Source: a virus. Taken from it: a stretch of DNA of 64,000 bases. The translations under genes were made by a program, and so were the position numbers. Numbering within the stretch: the stretch's first letter is position 1; every line of letters starts with the position of its first letter. Below the pieces are notes generated by a model, which worked only from the letters and a program-made list of their open reading frames with translations, had not been told where the DNA came from and searched no databases. The DNA lies in the IMG/VR virus record IMGVR_UViG_3300047157_000243, positions 1 through 64,000 of that record; one strand, 5' to 3'. Of the stretch, positions 36,876-43,950 are shown in pieces.

Positions 36876-37901
36876 CTACATTATACCAGCTAATTTTTTT
36901 AATCTTTTTTTATGGCTTTCAGATATTATGTTTTTTGATTTTTCAACATCAACAACTAAAGGGTTAGAGTCCAAAGATTTGCCAAACATTTCAGACTCTT
37001 TTTTTCTTCTTTTAATGTGGCCTGGATAACTTACGTTTGTGGATAATATCCTTTCTTTAGCTTCTTCGTAATTTCCTTTTTTGACTAGTTGTATGAAATC
37101 GCTACCTCTAAATCCACCTCTTCCCATGTTAAATGTCATGGAAACCATTGCATCGTACATGTTTTGGTCTACATAAAAAGGTATGTTTTTACCTTTCCAT
37201 TCTTCAAAAACACTTTTTACCGCTTTTTCAGCACTATTCAAATCTTGAAGCAAAAGTTCTTTAGCTTTTTCTAGTTTTATTGTATCTCCAACTTTAAATT
37301 GTGAATTACTTTTACTTTCAGCATGCCCCCATCCAATGGTTATCATATCGTCTCCCAAATCATAAGCAACCAAGACTGGTTCGCCTTTAAATTTTGCAGA
37401 ACCCTCTTCTATTTTCATGAAGTCAATCAAAGAATCTGATATAGAGCTGGGTATATGACTTAAAATCACTTCTTCATCTACACTTTCCTCCTCATCTTCT
37501 TTAGAGTCCAAGTCCATAACATCAGGAGAATCTTCTTCTGCGTTATTTGCTGTTAAATCTAACTTAATAATTTCAATTTCATCATCTAGCCCTGAATCAC
37601 TATTAGATGCATAATCATACAATTGAGAATAACTCATTATACCAGCCAAAGATATAAATGCGTATTTTAAAATTTTTAATTTTATTTTTTTGGGTAGATT
37701 TTTAATTTTTTTAAACAGTATATTTAAATATTGTTTTGCTTGCTCTATAGTTTTTACCCCCAAAGTAGAGTCTTTAACTTTTTTTTCTGTTAAATCCCAC
37801 TCGTAAGTTGGAGAAGGTTCTTCAGAGTTTTCTTTGTATACATTTTTTATAGCCTCAGATATAAGGTTTTCTATCTCTTTTATATTAGATTCTTTTAGCA
37901 T
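36876..37901 (-). CDS. Phage lysozyme (GH24) with long N-terminal extension and terminal tags
   Basis: EEG...AYDLGDDMITIGWGH, Q.MYDAMVS..FN.G, RR..E...F; ATG 37901 is 4 nt after TATTTAT. Confidence 0.85.
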   Translation of the reverse strand: MLKESNIKEIENLISEAIKNVYKENSEEPSPTYEWDLTEKKVKDSTLGVKTIEQAKQYLNILFKKIKNLPKKIKLKILKYAFISLAGIMSYSQLYDYASNSDSGLDDEIEIIKLDLTANNAEEDSPDVMDLDSKEDEEESVDEEVILSHIPSSISDSLIDFMKIEEGSAKFKGEPVLVAYDLGDDMITIGWGHAESKSNSQFKVGDTIKLEKAKELLLQDLNSAEKAVKSVFEEWKGKNIPFYVDQNMYDAMVSMTFNMGRGGFRGSDFIQLVKKGNYEEAKERILSTNVSYPGHIKRRKKESEMFGKSLDSNPLVVDVEKSKNIISESHKKRLKKLAGIM

Positions 37902-37925
37902 GTAAATAAATAGTTTTAAAAAATA

Positions 37926-37989
37926 AGACCACTTATAGTAGCGAACTTTAAGTGGTCTATGCAACCGAAGTTACAACGGTCCTAACCGT
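37926..37989 (-). other. Three-hairpin structured element (3' UTR/terminator or cis-RNA)
   Basis: ACGGT-TAGG-ACCGT, GTAAC-TTCG-GTTGC, AGACCACTTA/TAAGTGGTCT. Confidence 0.5.
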
Positions 37990-37999
37990 ATTTTAAATG

Positions 38000-38434
38000 T
38001 TATGGATATTGAAACTCAATATCAATAGATTTATAATCATTATTTATTGATACCTCTGTTGGATAAAAGCTGTTTGAATTTTCTTTTTTTTCTATATTCA
38101 ATTTCAAACCCTCAAAATCATCACCATCAATAATGCCTGAGCCAAAGTCATAAACTTTTTCAAAATTTTCTAATTCATCCTCCCAAGCATCTTCTGTTGC
38201 TCTATATATTTCAGAATTTAAAGTCAATTTATGAATCTTAGGTTTTAACATACTGAATCCATATGTCTTTTCGCTAGTAAGCACACTCCACTCTACCGTT
38301 GCAGTGCTATCGCCAAAATAATCATCTGGGCCTAATACGTCATTTATGTATAAGTGTAAATCTACTTTTGTCACATATGTTTCTGAGTCTACACCTAATG
38401 CTTCTCTTATTATTTTTCTTATTTCTTGACTCAT
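38000..38434 (-). CDS. Acidic hypothetical protein with MSQEIRKIIREAL tag
   Basis: ATG 4 nt after TATTTAT. Confidence 0.65.
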   Translation of the reverse strand: MSQEIRKIIREALGVDSETYVTKVDLHLYINDVLGPDDYFGDSTATVEWSVLTSEKTYGFSMLKPKIHKLTLNSEIYRATEDAWEDELENFEKVYDFGSGIIDGDDFEGLKLNIEKKENSNSFYPTEVSINNDYKSIDIEFQYP

Positions 38435-38503
38435 ACTAATAAATATAATTAATTTTTATTTAATTTGTAATTATTTATTGTATATTAGATTAGAAAAATA
38501 ATT

Positions 38504-38902
38504 ATGAGTAATTTAAAAGATAAAATATCAGAAGACTTCATGAAAGCTTTTAAAGCTAAAGACATGGATAAAAAGAATTTTCTTGGTGTAATTAAAGGAG
38601 AGATTCAATTGCAAGAAGGTAGGGGAATAGATTCTACTGATGAAAATGTTTTAAAAGTTTTGAAAAAAATAGAAAAATCTTTAAAACAAACAAATACTAA
38701 AGAGACAAAAAAGGAACTTAGTTATATTAAAAAATATCTACCAGAACAAATGGATGAAAAAAGAATAAAAGAAATTATTCTTGAATACACAAATTCTGGA
38801 TTGGGTAATGTTGGTCAAATAATGGGAAAATTTAACAAAGAACACAAAGGTAAGGCGGATAATAAGTTGGTATCTGAAATAGTTAAATCTATTCTAAATT
38901 AA
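38504..38902 (+). CDS. GatB/YqeY domain protein
   Basis: LKDKI..D...A.KAKD....L..IKGEI ... YLPEQM ... GQIM......GKAD.KLV. Confidence 0.85.
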   Translation: MSNLKDKISEDFMKAFKAKDMDKKNFLGVIKGEIQLQEGRGIDSTDENVLKVLKKIEKSLKQTNTKETKKELSYIKKYLPEQMDEKRIKEIILEYTNSGLGNVGQIMGKFNKEHKGKADNKLVSEIVKSILN

Positions 38903-38910
38903 AGTGAGTT

Positions 38911-39210
38911 ATGGCTTCTGATAATTATAGATATAATAAGTATAGCATGCCTGAACAAGATTGGGAAAAGAAACTTATTACATATTCTAACTTTATTTCA
39001 GATAGACTTAAGAGTTATTTGGCAAAAAAAAATATGACAACAGAAGTATTGTCTAAAAAGATTGGTATTTCAAACGATACAGCCAAATTGATGTTACACG
39101 ATATTTATGTTTATAATTATAGTATAGAAGAAATTTCTAAACTAGACCTTTTATTTGAAGGGCATTATGATGTTTATGAAAAAAAAGCTTTTGATAGAAA
39201 CAGTAAATAA
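38911..39210 (+). CDS. Possible XRE-type HTH protein
   Basis: L..KNMT...LSKKIGIS. Confidence 0.45.
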   Translation: MASDNYRYNKYSMPEQDWEKKLITYSNFISDRLKSYLAKKNMTTEVLSKKIGISNDTAKLMLHDIYVYNYSIEEISKLDLLFEGHYDVYEKKAFDRNSK

Positions 39211-39212
39211 TT

Positions 39213-39881
39213 TTAGTTAGAACCAGTGTAATCTTTACGTGGTTCCATCTTTTCGTAAAAGCCTTCTTTAGAACCCTTCCAGTCCCAGGGTAAACCGTGT
39301 TCTATGTTGTATTCTAATTGTGTATCAGATACTCCCTTTAGTTTTAATAAAGCTTTTTTCAATAAGGGTATATTATCCTTTGCCATGGATTCAGAGATAA
39401 CATCTCTTACAATCATTCTTACTGATTCATTTATTTTAAAATCTTCAGAATCAATAGCTTTTAAGTAAGATGTTGAATCTTTTTGATATCTAGCTAAAGT
39501 TTTTAGCTCATCTTTTAAGTCATCATCTAATTCCACCAAATCAGCTTGAGTGTTTTCATAATCTTCTAATCCTTTTCCTGTCGTTAAGTGCTCTAAATTA
39601 TCGTTTATATAATTTTCTATAACTTCTGAGTTAATATCCCAATCCCCCAATTCTTCGTCAGGCATTCCATCTTCATCAAAGTCAACACCTAAAATGCTCC
39701 TTGTTGCATAAGGCTCTAATTCATCTTTGTCTAAAAGATAAATGTTAAATATATATTTTTTACCAGATGATTTGTCTTGTAAAACAGCCATCTCACTATT
39801 GTCACTAAATATTACATCCATTTTATATTCTTTAGCTTCTTTTCCCACTTTTTGATTTTCACCATCTCTTATTTTTTTCAT
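39213..39881 (-). CDS. Acidic hypothetical protein with internal INESVRMIVRDVISE tag
   Basis: ORF. Confidence 0.65.
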   Translation of the reverse strand: MKKIRDGENQKVGKEAKEYKMDVIFSDNSEMAVLQDKSSGKKYIFNIYLLDKDELEPYATRSILGVDFDEDGMPDEELGDWDINSEVIENYINDNLEHLTTGKGLEDYENTQADLVELDDDLKDELKTLARYQKDSTSYLKAIDSEDFKINESVRMIVRDVISESMAKDNIPLLKKALLKLKGVSDTQLEYNIEHGLPWDWKGSKEGFYEKMEPRKDYTGSN

Positions 39882-39887
39882 AGTACT

Positions 39888-40022
39888 TTATTTTCCCTGG
39901 CCTCTGTATTTTTTTTTGTAATACTTTGCACCTTTAGAGTTAGAATGTTTGCTTTTAGCATGAATACCTGGTCTTTTCTTTTTCATTTCACCAGAATTGT
40001 TTTTACTAGAAGATTTTGCCAT
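39888..40022 (-). CDS. 44-aa basic phage protein ending YRGQGK (missed by ORF track)
   Basis: MAKSSSKNNSGEMKKKRPGIHAKSKHSNSKGAKYYKKKYRGQGK; TATTTAT at 40049-40055. Confidence 0.75.
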   Translation of the reverse strand: MAKSSSKNNSGEMKKKRPGIHAKSKHSNSKGAKYYKKKYRGQGK

Positions 40023-40095
40023 TTTAAATATGATTTTAATTGTTAATAATAAATATGAAAAAATTTCATTTATTGACTTTGGTGAATACTTTTCT

Positions 40096-40102
40096 TATCT
40101 TG
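40096..40102 (+). promoter_or_regulatory. Host-type promoter (TTGACT...TATCTTG) for the capsid/sheath-fragment operon
   Basis: TAnnTTG 5 nt before ATG 40108; TTG at 40073. Confidence 0.5.
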
Positions 40103-40107
40103 CATAA

Positions 40108-40422
40108 ATGACTAAAAGTCTTTTGATAGAAAAGTGCGGACACCTGTCTCTTAATTTAACTTCTGTTCAAGTGATGGGAGAGTTTAGGCCATTAAGAACA
40201 TGTTGGACTCCCGAGCTCTATCAAGACTCAGAATATTATACTAATAATTATGAGGCAGAAGAGCCTGAAAACATTTTTAAAAAGAAGTTAATAATTGAAA
40301 AATATATACCTTATAACTTTAAAGATGTCGAATCAGAGCTTTCTAATATTTTAGCTACAGAACTTGGAGCATCTATTGATGCAGAGATATTAGGTAGTTT
40401 AATTGATTTGGAAAATGAATGA
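40108..40422 (+). CDS. Mini-protein made of T4 gp23-like major capsid protein fragments
   Basis: RPLRTCWTPELYQD and DVESELSNILATELGASIDAEIL match the gp23-family R.LKA.WT.ELAQD / DAEAELS.IL.TEI..EI.REI segment. Confidence 0.75.
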   Translation: MTKSLLIEKCGHLSLNLTSVQVMGEFRPLRTCWTPELYQDSEYYTNNYEAEEPENIFKKKLIIEKYIPYNFKDVESELSNILATELGASIDAEILGSLIDLENE

Positions 40423-40687
40423 TTCTATAAAGTCACATTTAGAAGAGTGGACTAATTTAGTTTATCCTAAAAAAGAAAACGTATACAAAAGAAAACTTCT
40501 TGTTGAAAAGTGTGTTGAATATACTGTTCGACATTCAGAAACTGATTTCACTGTTTTAGGTTATGACTTAATCACATCTGGTTCAACTATAATCGGAATT
40601 AGCTCTAGAGCAGTCGGCGGTCCAATTAATTATCCTACACACATAACAAGCTCAGAAGAATTTAGAGAAATTTTTGGTGATGTGTAA
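40415..40687 (+). CDS. Mini-protein containing a tail sheath (gp18-like) N-terminal fragment
   Basis: SETDFT...G.T..G......GP...P..ITS.EEF..IFG; ATG 40415 overlaps the upstream ORF by 8 nt. Confidence 0.7.
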   Translation: MNDSIKSHLEEWTNLVYPKKENVYKRKLLVEKCVEYTVRHSETDFTVLGYDLITSGSTIIGISSRAVGGPINYPTHITSSEEFREIFGDV

Positions 40688-40737
40688 TATTTTTTAAAAA
40701 TTTACGTTTATATAACATAACAATTAAAAATTATATT

Positions 40738-41085
40738 ATGAGCTTAACACAAAAAGAGAAAGACGAAATTCACGAAAGAGTTGAAAGTATGACACCTAAA
40801 CAAAGAAGTCGTAGAATGGATAGGTTAGTAAATGAATCTATAATTAAGAGCGTAATTGTACATGCTGTTTTATTGTTATATGTACTTACATCTGTGTATA
40901 TAAAACAAAACTATGAAATTAATAGCCTTATATACATAGTTTTAATTGGGGTGGGTATTTTTTGGACTTACGGTTGTATGTTGACGTTTCAAGCATATCT
41001 GTTTTTTAAGAGCGCAAAAAATTTATCTAATTCATTTGGTTCAAGTATACAAGATGGTATTGATTTTTTAGATTTAAATGAATAA
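40738..41085 (+). CDS. Two-TM membrane protein
   Basis: Two hydrophobic helices. Confidence 0.65.
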   Translation: MSLTQKEKDEIHERVESMTPKQRSRRMDRLVNESIIKSVIVHAVLLLYVLTSVYIKQNYEINSLIYIVLIGVGIFWTYGCMLTFQAYLFFKSAKNLSNSFGSSIQDGIDFLDLNE

Positions 41086-41105
41086 TTTGATTTAAAAACA
41101 CAAAA

Positions 41106-41136
41106 AAAAAAGCGACTTATATAAAGTCGCTTTTTT
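41106..41136. terminator. Bidirectional intrinsic terminator
   Basis: AAAAAAGCGACTT-ATATA-AAGTCGCTTTTTT between convergent genes. Confidence 0.8.
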
Positions 41137-41160
41137 AAAATATATAATTATTTAACTATC

Positions 41161-41934
41161 CTATTTTTTTTCTATTTCTGAAATTATTTTATTAGCTTCT
41201 TTTTTTAATTTTTTGATTTCTTCAGATTTTCTAGCTTCTTCTCTAAAGATTTTTCTAATATCATTTTCATTAATAGATTCATTCTTACCACTTATACCAG
41301 CAAGTTTCCTGTCTTTATATGCTGCTGCCAATGTAGGCTTTCCTTTCAGGTCTACAATTCTAATATCTTGTTTACTAACATTTAATCCATCCCATTTATT
41401 TTTAGGAGTTAATACTTTATCAATAAAAGATTGAACTCTTGATTTTAAACCAGCTTTTTCTTCATCAGTCAATTCTCTAACAACTTTACCAGCGGTTAAG
41501 TTGTCTACACCTTTCCATTCTATCATTTCACCTTTGTCTATTTCAGCTTCAACAGCTTTCTTGGCAAGAGATATAGCTTCTTCAGCTTTCTTCGGGTCTT
41601 TTTTAAACATGTCCATTACACCTTCTTCACACCTTCGCCTTCGTTTTCTTCAACACCTTCGTTTTCTTCACACCTTCGTTTTCTTCAACACCTTCGTTTT
41701 CTTCAACGCCTTCGTTTTCTTCAACGCCTTCATTTTCTTCAACGCCTTCGTTTTCTTCAACGCCTTCGTTTTCTTCAACGCCTTCTTCGCAAGTATCATT
41801 CTCTTCCATTGAGTAGTTCTCGTTTAAACGCTTTTTGAATTTTCGCTTTCTCAGCCTCTAAAGATTGAATTGTTAAAAAATCTATCAGCTTCTTCTTTTA
41901 TTATTTGACTAAGCTCTTGTTTTGAAATTTTCAT
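41161..41934 (-). CDS. Acidic repeat protein, possible head core/scaffold component (four compensating 1-nt indels; ORF track splits it)
   Basis: ATG 41934 MKISKQELSQIIKEEA is in frame with 41161..41616; extra bases at 41875-80 and 41832-36, missing bases near 41670 and 41629; about 257 aa restored. Confidence 0.65.
41636..41788. repeat. 18-bp tandem repeat encoding (EENEGV)x8
   Basis: ttcgttttcttcaacgcc/acc units. Confidence 0.9.
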
Positions 41935-41936
41935 GA

Positions 41937-42737
41937 TTATTTGTTTTGTAATATTTCGTTTATTTCCTGACCTATTGTGCCACCATTAGACTCTATTTCT
42001 TCAGCTATAGTTCTTAGTCTATTAACTAAATCTTCTTTTTTAGAATTATCTTTATAAGACTTTACAGCTTTTTTAGCTTCTGATAAAATAAAAGTTTTTA
42101 ACTCTTTTTTAGTATAAGATTCTTTCAGCTCATTTTCAATGTTGCTACCATCTATCACGATTCCAGCAGCTATTCTTTCTGTTGGCTCTTCAGCATCTTC
42201 TTCTGGCATTCTTTCGTGAACTTCAGCCTTGGCTTGACCAGCAGTATGAGAACTTCCTTTCTTTTCTTCACCAGCAGAAACATAAGTCTTTGCCTTTTCA
42301 TCTACTAACTTGTCTTCAGAATTCATTTCTAAACCTTCAACTCTTTCGTCAAATGGGCCAGAAGCATCTGTTCCTTGAACATCTTTTTTAGATGTGAAGT
42401 TAGCTTTTGCTTGACCTTTAGTGTGACTATCACCACCTTTTTTGGCACCAGCATCTACTTTAACTGCTACAGCAGCTTTTTTGTCTGAACCTTCAACAGA
42501 GTCTTTTGAGTTCATTTTTGGCATCTTTTCATTTTCTCCTTCTTTTTCTACTTTCTTTGAAGGGTCTTTGTAAGTTAAAGCTTTATCAGAATCACCTAGC
42601 TCATCGTTTGCATTCATATCAACATCATAAACGTTAACTGAATCCGAAACAGCTTCTGACTCTTGAATCATAGCGCTTTTTATAGACTTTGCTTCAGTTC
42701 TAATCATGTCTATAAGTTCTTGTTTGCTAATTTTCAT
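41937..42737 (-). CDS. Charged low-complexity protein, possible head core component
   Basis: MKISKQELIDMIRTEA start (same as downstream gene); internal duplication SHT.GQAKA; TATTTAT at 42777-42783. Confidence 0.7.
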   Translation of the reverse strand: MKISKQELIDMIRTEAKSIKSAMIQESEAVSDSVNVYDVDMNANDELGDSDKALTYKDPSKKVEKEGENEKMPKMNSKDSVEGSDKKAAVAVKVDAGAKKGGDSHTKGQAKANFTSKKDVQGTDASGPFDERVEGLEMNSEDKLVDEKAKTYVSAGEEKKGSSHTAGQAKAEVHERMPEEDAEEPTERIAAGIVIDGSNIENELKESYTKKELKTFILSEAKKAVKSYKDNSKKEDLVNRLRTIAEEIESNGGTIGQEINEILQNK

Positions 42738-42848
42738 TTTTTTTGTTTTTAAAAGTTCATTATTATTATAATACCTATAAATATATATAAAAAACAAAAA
42801 TTCGTTTTTTAAAAACTATTTTTATTTGTTTGAAAATAAAAAGATTAT

Positions 42849-42856
42849 TATATTTG
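42849..42856 (+). promoter_or_regulatory. Canonical Bacteroidota promoter (TTTG 42825 - 20 nt - TATATTTG)
   Basis: Exact -33/-7 consensus and spacing. Confidence 0.65.
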
Positions 42857-42873
42857 TTATAATAATTTATCAT

Positions 42874-43428
42874 ATGAAAAATTTAGGAGAATTTATAGGT
42901 CACTTTACTGTTAAAAATGATAATGAAAAAAGCTTGTTTAAAGTTTATTTTTATGAAAAAGGAATATCTTTTGATGATGACTTTTTAAGAGGCATAATAG
43001 AGAGTGAAGATACTTATAAAGAATTTATTATTATAAACGATAAGTGGAAGTGTAAAAATGACAACAGAGATGAAGTTATGAAATGTATTATGGAAATGTT
43101 GGAAAGATATCAAGATTATCTTTCAAACTTTTTTATTAATGATGAAACAAAAAAAGAAGAAAAATACTTAAAAGATTCTAATTCACTATTTCTTGAATAT
43201 CTAGAAGAAAAAGATATGCTAGTTGAAATAGGCAGAAAGGACTTTGAGGCTAATATAATAGATGAAAAGGTAGGGGAGTTTTATGTTGATAATTTAAAAG
43301 AAACAAAAGATGATTCAAAATTTTATACATATACTTCAGAAACATCTGGTTTAGAATTTTATTTAATGGTAGTAAGTAATAAAATTAAAATAGGGTTTTC
43401 ATCAGGAAAGAAAGCTACTAACGTTTAG
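42874..43428 (+). CDS. Hypothetical protein
   Basis: ATG after the promoter. Confidence 0.6.
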   Translation: MKNLGEFIGHFTVKNDNEKSLFKVYFYEKGISFDDDFLRGIIESEDTYKEFIIINDKWKCKNDNRDEVMKCIMEMLERYQDYLSNFFINDETKKEEKYLKDSNSLFLEYLEEKDMLVEIGRKDFEANIIDEKVGEFYVDNLKETKDDSKFYTYTSETSGLEFYLMVVSNKIKIGFSSGKKATNV

Positions 43429-43439
43429 AGTTTATAAAA

Positions 43440-43946
43440 ATGAGTATTGTAAAAGAAGGTGTTGATATTAATTTAGAGGTATGCGAACCAGACAGGTTGT
43501 ACAGAGCTTATGTTGGCGAAGAGTCATGGTTAGATATGTTAAATTCTTCAATAAACAAATGCAATGGAGTATGTCAAGGCTGTGGATACAACCCGCCAGA
43601 TAAAAGTTTTTTAGAGATACATATTATATCAGGAAGCGTTAATGATTTAGAGACTTATTTATATACATTGTTATGTAAAACATGTCACACCTTAAAGCAT
43701 ATTGATATAGCTTCTGAAAAGGGATGGATAAAACTTTGTAACTCTATTTTTGACCAAAAGAAATTGATATCTATATGTCGTTCAGGAAAATCTAGGTTAC
43801 TAGAAAAGGTAAATTCAGGAGAAATAATGCTATTAAAAACAGATGCAACTCAATATTCAAAGTCCTTGTCTGAAGATGTTTTTAATAAGCGGAAGAAAAT
43901 AAAGGCTGTATTCGGAAAAAATTTTCCTAAAGAAAGATTAAAATAA
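43440..43946 (+). CDS. HNH-like zinc-binding protein
   Basis: CQGCG....LEIH......LCKTCH..KH. Confidence 0.55.
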   Translation: MSIVKEGVDINLEVCEPDRLYRAYVGEESWLDMLNSSINKCNGVCQGCGYNPPDKSFLEIHIISGSVNDLETYLYTLLCKTCHTLKHIDIASEKGWIKLCNSIFDQKKLISICRSGKSRLLEKVNSGEIMLLKTDATQYSKSLSEDVFNKRKKIKAVFGKNFPKERLK

Positions 43947-43950
43947 AAAC

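Noticed and set aside
41636-41788. CRISPR-like array
   Set aside because: Contiguous 18-bp coding repeats with no spacers; the same applies to the 108-bp and 15-bp repeats. No cas operon is present (the Cas4-like nuclease is stand-alone).
5298-41880. Programmed frameshifting or phase variation at 5298-5304, 9784-9788, 18404-18407, 36714-36723 and 41629-41880
   Set aside because: All are small indels in homopolymers or tandem repeats, they hit likely essential genes, and four cluster in one gene with net zero shift. Long-read consensus error is the simpler explanation, though the A10 tract in the holin-like gene deserves a read-level check.
43440-43946. IcmJ/DotN type IVB secretion component
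   Set aside because: Only a generic HNH-like zinc pattern, with no other secretion genes nearby.
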